Of a stretch of DNA of 64,000 nucleotides, positions 1-8,166 are shown in pieces. Both the position numbers and the translations under genes were made by a program. The notes beneath the pieces are model-generated. The model was not told the DNA's origin. It made no database searches and saw only the letters and a list, made by a program, of their open reading frames with translations. Each line of letters starts with the position of its first letter. Positions within the stretch are counted from its first letter, which is position 1. This DNA is from an uncultured Deinococcaceae bacterium (GTDB lineage: Bacteria; Deinococcota; Deinococci; Deinococcales; Deinococcaceae), in contig CAXULY010000019.1 of NCBI GenBank assembly GCA_964252075.1, forward strand, positions 1-64,000, read 5' to 3'.

Positions 1-66
1 GAACGAGTGCTTCGACCACCGAGCCACCCTACTGCCCAGTCGTGAAACAACCTCTTAGGCCGCTGG

Positions 67-103
67 TAAGGGTGCTCCACCGTTTGACGGTGGAGCACCC
101 TTA
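67..103. terminator. Perfect 17-bp inverted repeat at the 3' end of thsA, probable terminator
   Basis: TAAGGGTGCTCCACCGT-TTG-ACGGTGGAGCACCCTTA overlapping the thsA stop codon. Confidence 0.7.
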
Positions 104-1561
104 GTTTGCCCTGATACGCCTTGACTCTCGAATGATCGAAAAAATGGCGTCGATGATCTGTCCAGCTGCACTTTTTTGATCCCCCAGTGTTTGGAAATAC
201 CGCTCAACGTCAACGCCTGGGTAGATGCGATCCAGGTTTTTGACGGTTTCTGCCCATAGTTCTTCTGCTACATACCCGGTTGCACCAACGGGAATTACAA
301 ATTTGTTGGCTTCCAGGGCAATCTCGTATTCCCTTCTCACCCCGTTGGCAGCCACCACTGCGTCGCCTTCCAATTTGTTTCCGTACACAAATACGGCGTA
401 ACCAGAGCCATTCAACATGTCCTGCCTGTAGGCTTCCCACATTTGACGCCCGTCCACGCCCTCGGGGAAAGTTTGCGGAAATGGCCTGAGGACAGCACGA
501 TCACCAATTTTTGATTTGCTTCCCCTGTAAAACTCATTCATCGCCCCGGCGATGACGTGACCCCCAACACCCAACCCGAACCCATTAACAAGGTTATAGC
601 CGCGTATGATAATCTGGCTTCCAATATCGAACAAGAGTTTTTCCGCGCTAGATTGGTCTGTCGGTCCGTACGTGGCTGCACTCCCGGAAACAAAAATATT
701 GTTTTGAAAACTCAAGCGCTTTATTTGAGACAAAATAGTCGTTATCTCTTCGTAGTTTTCTATGGCAAGGGTAGTTATTTTGTAACGACTCAAATCGCCG
801 ACCCTTAGTTTAAATTTGACCAACTCGTAGTCATAGTTGGCTCTGTCCTCTGGACTATCCGATTTTGGAACAGGCTTTTTAATGATTGCGTAGTGATTTC
901 GTTGGTTGTTGCCAGTAGCAACCCTTACCCTGCTCAAAATATAATCTATGTTGGGGTCAGTAAAACTAAAGCCGATAAACAAAAACGTTTTGTTGATAAG
1001 GTCCGCTTGCAATGTCCTCTGCAAAAGAGGGCGGTTATCCACATAAGTTTCGTAATCTTCTTTGGTGAGCACAGCCTGCTCTGGGTCGTTTACGGTGCCG
1101 TGCATCTTGTAAATGGTGACATCAGGTCGACTGTTCGGCCTAATTAAATCTACGTCTTTGGCGTTTACCTCGAATGTTTTCCCGGCCTTCCTGATGGAAT
1201 CCTCTATCAGGGTGTCATAATTTGTTGTCCAGTACGTGGATACTGGAATGCTGGCTATGAGAGGGTGATTTACGGTTTCCTGGGCCTCTTTGGTGTATTG
1301 CTCCATTATTGTTCGATGTATCTCGGCCCGACCACCTCGGAAATTTCTGTGGTATTGAGCTATCGCCACTAAGTCGTCTTCTCTATCCACGTCCAGGTGA
1401 AGTTCGTAGGCAATTTCCCTTAGTAGCTCTCTCCAGTTCAGGTATCCAGCAGCTTGAGAGAAACCCGCACCTATGAAAAAACTTGCTTCCTGATTGGTGA
1501 TTGCGCGCGAGAAGTCGCTGAAAAAACTTCTAAACTCCGCAGAGTCCATATCAGTGGGCAT
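101..1561 (-). CDS. thsA: Thoeris type I effector ThsA (SIR2 NADase + SLOG/STALD domain)
   Basis: SIR2 motifs FIGAGFS, WTTNYD, KMHG, FLFIGFSFTDPN. C-terminal SLOG motifs IFVSGSA, NGFGLGVG, RPFPQ, YGNK, GVRREYEIA, IPVGATG. Directly follows a TIR gene. Confidence 0.9.
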   Translation of the reverse strand: MPTDMDSAEFRSFFSDFSRAITNQEASFFIGAGFSQAAGYLNWRELLREIAYELHLDVDREDDLVAIAQYHRNFRGGRAEIHRTIMEQYTKEAQETVNHPLIASIPVSTYWTTNYDTLIEDSIRKAGKTFEVNAKDVDLIRPNSRPDVTIYKMHGTVNDPEQAVLTKEDYETYVDNRPLLQRTLQADLINKTFLFIGFSFTDPNIDYILSRVRVATGNNQRNHYAIIKKPVPKSDSPEDRANYDYELVKFKLRVGDLSRYKITTLAIENYEEITTILSQIKRLSFQNNIFVSGSAATYGPTDQSSAEKLLFDIGSQIIIRGYNLVNGFGLGVGGHVIAGAMNEFYRGSKSKIGDRAVLRPFPQTFPEGVDGRQMWEAYRQDMLNGSGYAVFVYGNKLEGDAVVAANGVRREYEIALEANKFVIPVGATGYVAEELWAETVKNLDRIYPGVDVERYFQTLGDQKSAAGQIIDAIFSIIRESRRIRAN

Positions 1562-2166
1562 TTATCTTCCCGCTGCCTTTGCCACTGCTTCAACCCACGC
1601 CCCCATATTATTGTAACCGTCTTGAGTAGCCCAATCGTACACTCGAACAATGTCTGACAGCTTTCCACTGCCGCTTATAGAGTATTTTAGGTTTGACATT
1701 GGAAAAGACGGCAGATCGACGTAGGCTGCCCACTGCCAGGTTCCGCTAACCAGTTTCCACTCATATAAATAAACCGTGTTGTTTTTAACAACATAGGAAA
1801 GATAATCGTATGGTTTTTCCCATTGGCATACGTTCTTTGATATCTGTCTTTCACGCCATTTATGTGTATGCCCATCATGCCGTTACCCCTGGCAAAGCTT
1901 CTGGCAATCTCGTACCTTACCCAGCGGCGCTCGTACGTTCCGCTACCGATAAGTACGCAAGATACGCCCGTATTGTGAAGGGCGTTATCTATCAGCTTCA
2001 CGAGCTCTGCTTTACCCTTTTTTTTCGCCTCTTACCATATAGAGGCATCATAGAAGCCTGTTTCTTCCACGCTGATTTTTCTTATAAGGTCGGCGTTCCT
2101 GACGACATTTGCTCTGAATGACGCTACATCGTCGTAGTGGAAGGAAAAAAATACTCTTCTCGGCAT
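1562..2166 (-). pseudogene. thsB: Thoeris TIR-domain sensor ThsB, disrupted
   Basis: Manual translation: MPRRVFFSFHYDDVASFRANVVRN...FYDASIW*EAKKKG...CVLIGSGTYERRWVRYEI...GKN/(P)YDYL...VYDWATQDGYNNMGAWVEAVAKAAGR. In-frame TAA at 2032-2034 and a 1-nt deletion near 1812. Its stop abuts the thsA ATG (TAAATG). Confidence 0.88.
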
Positions 2167-2172
2167 AGCGTG

Positions 2173-2178
2173 ATTTTA
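2173..2178 (-). promoter_or_regulatory. -10 element for a leaderless thsB-thsA transcript
   Basis: TAAAAT-cacgct-ATG, six nt before the thsB start. Confidence 0.6.
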
Positions 2179-2387
2179 CAATTACGTTTTCAGCTAATAA
2201 ATAGCGACGCGCCTGTATTAAGGGATAATAAACTAGTCTGGGAAGTACAACTTTGAGCAGCAACCATCTTCGCTCGGGTGTTGCAGCCGCCATACTGGAG
2301 AACCGTCCAAGGCACCTAGTGAAGCTAGGTGTTTATCAATCAGTCGGAGATCATGCCGCTCCGTCGCCGATATCCTCGCCGCCGATT

Positions 2388-2471
2388 TTGCTCACACTTT
2401 TGTGAGCAATTTTGCCAGCTAATATGCAGTCAAATTTGCCGGTAGGAAAGCATACATAAATGCTTGCACCT
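2388..2471. repeat. Seven degenerate 12-bp tandem units, candidate partition centromere (downstream array)
   Basis: ttgctcacactt|ttgtgagcaatt|ttgccagctaat|atgcagtcaaat|ttgccggtagga|aagcatacataa|atgcttgcacct. Confidence 0.7.
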
Positions 2472-2589
2472 GCATCTGCTCAATAACCATGAGAGCAAAA
2501 GCCCGCATGAATGCATGTCGGGCTGTTTAATACAGCTCAAGTTATCCGATAATTTATGGGCGCGTATATGCATGGAATTAGCTCACTTC

Positions 2590-3057
2590 TTACGTTACAT
2601 TGGCCTCATAGTTGAGGACCTGGGTCGTCATTGCATAGAAGTGGTCAACGATTTGCTTCGCCGCGATGTCCGCCTCACGACTGAAATCAATAGCGGTTTG
2701 CGGAACCACCCCCCCACCTGCGACTAGCGATACAGTTCTAAGCTGAAAGCGGCCAAGATTTGGACCCTCGATGCCACGGTCAATAAAAATTTCAAACGTG
2801 ACATGCACTTCATTGCGGGTAAGGGAGTCGCCTGGCATGACGAACCACCACTCTATAGGGGCTTTGAATACCCTTGGAGCCACGCCAACATCCAGCTCAA
2901 CCCTGACATCATCGAAACCGTCGCCTTTGAGCTGATCAATAATACGCGCCTTAATGTCATTCAATTGATTTTTACCCTCGTCAACTTGTGCGCGGCTCTG
3001 TCTATATGCTGCCTTGAAAGAATCCAACGGCTCCGTATGCCGAGTGTAATGCACCAC
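2590..3057 (-). CDS. Hypothetical protein (AT-richer), appended to the partition operon
   Basis: 155-aa ORF whose GTG directly follows the upstream TGA; no recognisable motif. Confidence 0.65.
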   Translation of the reverse strand: MVHYTRHTEPLDSFKAAYRQSRAQVDEGKNQLNDIKARIIDQLKGDGFDDVRVELDVGVAPRVFKAPIEWWFVMPGDSLTRNEVHVTFEIFIDRGIEGPNLGRFQLRTVSLVAGGGVVPQTAIDFSREADIAAKQIVDHFYAMTTQVLNYEANVT

Positions 3058-3414
3058 TCAACGGCGGTTCGCTTCTAGATCCTGCAGGAATGCACGAGCG
3101 TAATCTGGGTCGCCCAGGCGCATCAGCCAGTGCTCTAGCAGGTCGGACTGCCCAAGGTTCCAACCGCGGGCCTTCAACGCGGCCGCCAGCTCTGATAGGT
3201 TCGGGTGCAGGTCCTGTCTGGCCCTCACGCCGAGCGTGGTGCGCTTGATGGCCCTGAACTGGTCGGAGGGCGGCTCGGGCAGGTCCAGGGCCGTCACGGG
3301 CTCCGCTGGGGGAGTGTAAACCTCTTTGCGCAGCGCGGGCGTCTGCGCGGCCGCCGCGGGCGTTGGGGCCTCGTCGAGGAAGTCGAAACGTCCGCTCCTT
3401 TTGGTGCTGGCCAT
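3058..3414 (-). CDS. Small ParA-partner protein (putative centromere-binding protein)
   Basis: TGATG coupling to parA; disordered N-terminus and compact helical C-terminus (LGQSDLLEHWL). Confidence 0.7.
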   Translation of the reverse strand: MASTKRSGRFDFLDEAPTPAAAAQTPALRKEVYTPPAEPVTALDLPEPPSDQFRAIKRTTLGVRARQDLHPNLSELAAALKARGWNLGQSDLLEHWLMRLGDPDYARAFLQDLEANRR

Positions 3415-4010
3415 CAGCACACCTCCAGCGCCAGGCTGGCCACGTCACCCCACGCGACCTCGCCGCGCTGGTCTCCGGAGTCCCGCACCAGGGTGCCCTG
3501 CTCGTTCGCGCGCTGGTACGCGGCGTAGTTCCGCACGACGGTGGTGGCCACCTGGATGCCCATGCCGCGCAGTTGCTCGCGCGCCTGCTGGCCGACCGTT
3601 CCGACGGGCGGCACGCGCGTGATCACCACGAAGGTGCGCCGCAGGTCCGCGCCCTCCTGCTGCAGTTGGCGCCACAGCTCCACGGTGGCCTCCAACTCGG
3701 CGGCCGTCACGCCGGTGGGAATCAGGACCGTCGCGCCGCGCGTGAGGGCCAGCATGTCCTGCAGGGCCGGGCGCCCCTCGGTGTCGATCACCAGGTAACG
3801 GGCGTCGGCGGGTGGCCGCTGCCCAGCCTCCACGAGCGTGACAGGCACGTCGCCGCGCCGCAGCCACTTGGTGCTGGTGCGGATCGCGCGGTCCTCGTCG
3901 AGCAGGGCGGTGGGGCCGCGCGTGGCGAGCGCGCCCGCGAGGTTCACGGCGAGGGTGCTCTTGCCCACGCCGCCTTTGCTGCTCATGAAGGCAATGGTGC
4001 TCTCAGGCGT
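3414..4010 (-). CDS. parA: Short ParA-family partition ATPase
   Basis: Deviant Walker A KGGVGKST, LLDED, LVIDT, VITRVP. The frame extends to an ACG at 4010; the first ATG is at 3986. Confidence 0.88.
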   Translation of the reverse strand, partial: TPESTIAFMSSKGGVGKSTLAVNLAGALATRGPTALLDEDRAIRTSTKWLRRGDVPVTLVEAGQRPPADARYLVIDTEGRPALQDMLALTRGATVLIPTGVTAAELEATVELWRQLQQEGADLRRTFVVITRVPPVGTVGQQAREQLRGMGIQVATTVVRNYAAYQRANEQGTLVRDSGDQRGEVAWGDVASLALEVC

Positions 4011-4044
4011 GACAGCAGCGTAGCAGGCGTTTTGGTGGTCTTTG

Positions 4045-4104
4045 TTGCTCGCGTTTTTGCTGGCATATATGCCAGCGCATTTGCCAGCACATTTGCGCTC
4101 AAGG
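4045..4104. repeat. Five 12-bp tandem units upstream of parA, candidate centromere/operator
   Basis: ttgctcgcgttt|ttgctggcatat|atgccagcgcat|ttgccagcacat|ttgcgctcaagg. Confidence 0.72.
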
Positions 4105-4818
4105 GTTCAGTTTCTGAATGGCTTCCGTGAGGTGATCGAGGGATTCCTTGAAGCCAACGGCGCCCGTGGCGACCGTCAGGATCTTGGTGCCCGCCCCCAG
4201 CACGCCCTGCACCTTCTGCATGAAGCGAGGCAGCCGCCCGGTCTTCGCGGCCTTCTCGGCCTCGTCGATGTCGGACTCCAGGTCATCGCGGTCATCACCA
4301 GCGGGCAGCTCACGCGTCGAAGCCCGCAGCTGTTGCAGCAGGGTCAGCATCTCGGTGGGGGAGAAGTCGGCCGCTTCGTTCTTCTGGTTGAAGGTCAGGC
4401 TGATCGGGCCTGAACCCATCGCGCTGCCGGTGATCTGCCCGTGGTTGTTGATGGTCGTCCCCCCGCTCGGCATCGGTCCATGCGCTGCGGTGTGGTCGAG
4501 GGTGCCCATCTGTTTCTGGCGCGTGGACATCCACACCCGCTTGCCGACTGGTGTGAGCGCCCAGAGCGACTTCATTGTCAGGTCGTCAAACGTCGGAAGG
4601 ACCTCGCGGACATGGCCGGGCGTCAGCAGGACCTCGCTGACATAGCCGAGTGTCAGCAGGTACTTCAACGTCCCCAGAATCGCCGGTCCGCTGTGCATGG
4701 GCAGCACGTCACTCAATCCCTCGCCCGTGATAGAGGCGCTGGGGCCGTACTCAAGCTCAAACTCGAACATGTGGTGGGTCACGTCGAACGCCACCTGTTC
4801 GCGGTCAAAGTTGGCCAT
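4099..4818 (-). CDS. Hypothetical protein (possible winged-helix N-terminus, N/G-rich linker, helical C-terminus)
   Basis: 239-aa ORF with protein-like composition; TAACCT -10 five nt before the ATG. Confidence 0.7.
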   Translation of the reverse strand: MANFDREQVAFDVTHHMFEFELEYGPSASITGEGLSDVLPMHSGPAILGTLKYLLTLGYVSEVLLTPGHVREVLPTFDDLTMKSLWALTPVGKRVWMSTRQKQMGTLDHTAAHGPMPSGGTTINNHGQITGSAMGSGPISLTFNQKNEAADFSPTEMLTLLQQLRASTRELPAGDDRDDLESDIDEAEKAAKTGRLPRFMQKVQGVLGAGTKILTVATGAVGFKESLDHLTEAIQKLNP

Positions 4819-5037
4819 GCTTCAGGTTAGCGGGCCGGTTCACCGGCACATGCGCTCGCTGAATTGCCTGCAAGTGTGCCATCATTTCTGCCAGCTTGAC
4901 ATTCTGTGACACACCGTCTAGGCTCTAGGTGTCCCGAGGGACGCGGTGCATGACAAGTCGGATGCAGGGGGACCAGGGCACCAAGTGTTGCGCACTCGGG
5001 CTGGAACCCCGAGTGCGCGGAAAGGCTGGTGATACTG

Positions 5038-5169
5038 ATGACCCGCAAGCGTCAGTATACCAAACGCCGCCAATCCAGAAAGGTGGACTGGCTCAAGGTC
5101 ATCGCGACCCTGACCGGCCTCCTGACCCTGGTGAAGCTGCTGCTGGAAATCATCAAGCTGCTGACCTAA
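5038..5169 (+). CDS. 43-aa basic/hydrophobic membrane peptide
   Basis: Manual translation MTRKRQYTKRRQSRKVDWLKVIATLTGLLTLVKLLLEIIKLLT; strong GC3 codon bias; below the ORF-track cutoff. Confidence 0.6.
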   Translation: MTRKRQYTKRRQSRKVDWLKVIATLTGLLTLVKLLLEIIKLLT

Positions 5170-5236
5170 GCCCTCTCGCTCCGACTGTTCGCTCCCGCCC
5201 CTCGGGACGCCCCTCCGGGGGCAGAGAGGGGAGAGC

Positions 5237-5449
5237 ATGCCCGCACCCAACCGGCCCAACGTGGGACCGGCCAACGAGAAGCGCCGCCTGAAGGGTGGCC
5301 TGAGGTACACGAAGACCATGCGCTTCACGCTGCCGGGCGAGCTGGCCGACCAGCTCGAAGCCATGACCGGCCCCGAGCGGAACGCCCTCGTTGAGCAGGC
5401 CCTGAAGGCCCGAAGGCGGAGTGCGAGGATCGCGCCGGACGCCGACTGA
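5237..5449 (+). CDS. Small putative ribbon-helix-helix-like DNA-binding protein
   Basis: 70 aa with TMRFTLPGELADQLEAM...RNALVEQAL; purine-rich RBS upstream. Confidence 0.6.
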   Translation: MPAPNRPNVGPANEKRRLKGGLRYTKTMRFTLPGELADQLEAMTGPERNALVEQALKARRRSARIAPDAD

Positions 5450-5463
5450 GCCGGTCTCCACGT

Positions 5464-5492
5464 TTGACAATTTGTGTCAAATTGTGTACTCT
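5464..5492 (+). promoter_or_regulatory. Sigma70-type promoter with overlapping palindromic operator
   Basis: TTGACA-17 nt-TACTCT, with ACAATTTG-tgt-CAAATTGT spanning the spacer. Confidence 0.75.
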
Positions 5493-5565
5493 AGAAACAC
5501 GAAGGACGCGCGTCATCCGCCAAGAGTTCGCGCGCCCCTCGAATCCACCCCTCCACGGAGTAGAC

Positions 5566-5994
5566 ATGAAGAGTACCACCAAGACCTGGACCCTCAGCAT
5601 CCATGCCCGCCTCGACGGCATCCTCGTGATGACCTTCCAGCACACCGTCAGCATCAGCGGGAGCCCCGTGGACCCCTGCACCGCCGTGATCGACGGCGAG
5701 GCCGCGCCCCTCGCGGAGGCCGTGAAGCTCCTGCAGTGGGCCCGCGAGGACGGCACCCTCACCGAGATCGCCGCCGCGCCTGTGGTGGCCGCCGCGCACC
5801 CTGCCGACCCGATCGGCAACCGCCGCGCGCACGCCCTGCACGTCGAGCTGGGTGGGCGGGGCTACGGGCGCGGGTACGAGGTCGTCAGCCGCATCCTCGG
5901 GTACCGCATCACCTCCCTGGGCGGCCTCGTCGAGCGCGAGTACCAGCAGGTCCGCGCGTGGCTCGACAGCCAGATCGCGACGGTGGCCGCGTGA
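5566..5994 (+). CDS. Hypothetical protein, phage/plasmid-like
   Basis: GGAG RBS then ATG (MKSTTKTW...); high GC3. Confidence 0.7.
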   Translation: MKSTTKTWTLSIHARLDGILVMTFQHTVSISGSPVDPCTAVIDGEAAPLAEAVKLLQWAREDGTLTEIAAAPVVAAAHPADPIGNRRAHALHVELGGRGYGRGYEVVSRILGYRITSLGGLVEREYQQVRAWLDSQIATVAA

Positions 5995-6191
5995 GCCACG
6001 TCAACGTGTACGCGCTGGGCGGGGAGGTGGCGCGCCTGTGCCACGCCTGCGCGTACCAGGAGGCCAGCAGGGGAGAGCTGGGCGACCGCCTCGCCACCGG
6101 AGGCCCCGGCCTCACCTGCGACCACTGTTTGCACCACAACCCGGAGGACCCCGCCAACAGCACGAATAACGCGACAGCAGACAGGCCCTGA
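5991..6191 (+). CDS. Small CxxC...CxxC zinc-finger-like protein
   Basis: GTGA overlap with the upstream gene; CHAC and CDHC motifs. Confidence 0.55.
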   Translation: MSHVNVYALGGEVARLCHACAYQEASRGELGDRLATGGPGLTCDHCLHHNPEDPANSTNNATADRP

Positions 6192-6193
6192 GA

Positions 6194-6242
6194 GGCACGA
6201 CTGCGGGGGCAGGTGACTATCACCTGCCCCCGCAGTCGTGCC
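6194..6242. terminator. Perfect 23-bp inverted repeat (terminator or other hairpin)
   Basis: GGCACGACTGCGGGGGCAGGTGA-cta-TCACCTGCCCCCGCAGTCGTGCC. Confidence 0.65.
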
Positions 6243-6257
6243 CGGTAAGATTGGCGC

Positions 6258-6698
6258 ATGAGCGCCCTCCCCCTGGTGGCCTTCGAGTCCGATAACCGTC
6301 AATCCCTGCTGTTGCGGAACATGTGCGGCGAGACCATCGTGCTGCACCGTTTTGACCGCACCCAGTACGGCAAGGCAGGGGAGCTCAGCGGCGGCCAAGC
6401 GGCAGAAGCGATCATCGATTCAGGCGCAACAGCGATCATTTCCATACCACTCGGTCCCTTCACCCCGAGAGGCCTGAACCTCTGCTGCGCGGAGTTCTCG
6501 GTGGTCAACCAGGGCCGTCAGCGACTGTACATCGTCGTTGAAATCTCAGGGGGATCACCGGAAACCATGCGGCTGTACGTGGTTGACCAGGACACCGCGT
6601 TCACCGGTCGCTTGACCGACAAGGAACGCATGCAGTCCCTGGGGTTCGGTCGTTCTGGCGCCACCGAGCCGTACATCCCCGTCAGCCTCACCTCCTGA
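6258..6698 (+). CDS. Hypothetical protein, leaderless
   Basis: TAAGAT-tggcgc-ATG; 146 aa. Confidence 0.7.
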   Translation: MSALPLVAFESDNRQSLLLRNMCGETIVLHRFDRTQYGKAGELSGGQAAEAIIDSGATAIISIPLGPFTPRGLNLCCAEFSVVNQGRQRLYIVVEISGGSPETMRLYVVDQDTAFTGRLTDKERMQSLGFGRSGATEPYIPVSLTS

Positions 6699-6715
6699 AG
6701 GCGACACCGTATGGT

Positions 6716-6991
6716 ATGGGCGTGCGCCTTTTTGACCTGACGCTCAAGGACCTGGCCGAGCTGGTCAGCGAAAACTACATGGCCGACATGGGCGACTTCA
6801 GCGGCCGCGCCAGTCAGGACCTCCAGCTGCAGGTGACGACGTACCTGCGCGGTAAGCCGGAGCTGGCTCAGCAGGTGCTCGACGCCTGGCTGTGGACCTT
6901 CGAGATCAGCGAGGAATTTACCGACGAGGACAAGGAAGACGCCCAGCGCTGGTACGACGTGACCCTGCTCGCCGGGTCACGCCTCAACTGA
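6716..6991 (+). CDS. Acidic hypothetical protein
   Basis: 91 aa; the position of TATGGT suggests the true start may be GTG 6722. Confidence 0.7.
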   Translation: MGVRLFDLTLKDLAELVSENYMADMGDFSGRASQDLQLQVTTYLRGKPELAQQVLDAWLWTFEISEEFTDEDKEDAQRWYDVTLLAGSRLN

Positions 6992-7015
6992 CGGCGTCTC
7001 CCTGCACCAGCACCC

Positions 7016-7240
7016 TCACGCGGGCGCTGCCTGTAGCGATTGGGCGGGCCGCGCGAGCAGCACCGGGCCATGCCCGTCGCCGAAGGACAGGATCCCCATC
7101 ACCTCGAACACCTGCCCCTGGTATGCCTGCTGGCTGTGCAGCGGCGGCAGGGCGGCACCTTTGGGCAACTCAATGGTCCAGAGGTGCGCGACCTGCGCGG
7201 GGTTCAGCTGCTGAATGCGCACGGCAGGATCGTCGGACAT
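7016..7240 (-). CDS. Small hypothetical protein
   Basis: MSDDPAVRIQQL..., 74 aa; TACGGT upstream. Confidence 0.5.
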   Translation of the reverse strand: MSDDPAVRIQQLNPAQVAHLWTIELPKGAALPPLHSQQAYQGQVFEVMGILSFGDGHGPVLLARPAQSLQAAPA

Positions 7241-7326
7241 GCCCTCCACCGTAGAAGCGGGTGCTGACGCGTGGAATGGGTTCACCTCAAGCGCGCTGAA
7301 GCGGAAACTCATCTGCGGAAAGGGCG

Positions 7327-7809
7327 TCAGCGGTGCAAGGTGTGAGCGTCCCCCAGGCCTGGGGGACGGTGGGGCAGAGCAGTGAAGCTCCAGAAGTTCA
7401 GCAACGCGCTGAGCTGATCGCGCATGAGGGCCAGGCGGCCGTGCTTCACGAGGTACCCGTTGGCGAACGCCTGGTACGCGCGCAGCACGATGTCTGGGTC
7501 CGTGGTGGCCGACAGGACGATGACGGGGATGGCGCGCCACTGCGGGTGAGCCTTGAGACGATCCAGTACCTCGAAGCCGTCCATGCCGTTCATTTGCAGA
7601 TCGAGCAGGATCAGGTCAGGCAGCGCGCGGCACTAAGCGAGGTGCGTGAGGGCCCCATTGCCACAGGTGACGGAGGTGAGGGTGTAAGGGTGCGACTGCT
7701 CGTGCAGAAGGAGCGCGGCGAAGAACACATCGGTGGGGTCGTCATCGATCAGGAGGAGCTCCAGTGGAGCGGCATGCGCGGCGTGTGAAAAAGCATGGAC
7801 CGGCGCCAT
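7327..7809 (-). pseudogene. Single-domain response regulator (Rcp1-like) with internal stop
   Basis: LLLIDDDPTD...LA*CRALPDLILLDLQMNGMDGFEVL...IPVIVLS...ANGYLVK; TAG at 7633-7635. Confidence 0.85.
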
Positions 7810-7979
7810 ACCTCAACCTTAAGACAGGCGGATGGTGCAGGAGTGAAAGGGTGGACACGGACGCAGCGCTGCTCTTCGCCCGGTGAATCTGATGGGGCCC
7901 TGCTCGCCGGGCAGCGCTTCAGCTGAACCGCGACCCGGCCCACTCGATTCATAGCCAACTTTCCCGCTAGCATTCCGCC

Positions 7980-8165
7980 ATGAGCGAAGCGCCGCAGGTG
8001 GGGGAGACGGTGACCCTGCCCGTCGGCCACGACGGCACGCACCTGTGGCTGGTCATCCAGCGCGAGGAGCGCCAAGACCGGGTGGTCCTGACCGTCGAGC
8101 ATCTGTATGACGCGAGTGTGCGCCACCGCGTGCACCTGCTCCGGGACGAGGAGCGGGCGGTCTAA
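7980..8165 (+). CDS. Small hypothetical protein, leaderless
   Basis: TAGCAT-tccgcc-ATG; 61 aa. Confidence 0.6.
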   Translation: MSEAPQVGETVTLPVGHDGTHLWLVIQREERQDRVVLTVEHLYDASVRHRVHLLRDEERAV

Positions 8166-8166
8166 G

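Noticed and set aside
1687..2001. 104-aa ORF as a stand-alone gene
   Set aside because: It is the middle fragment of the disrupted thsB.
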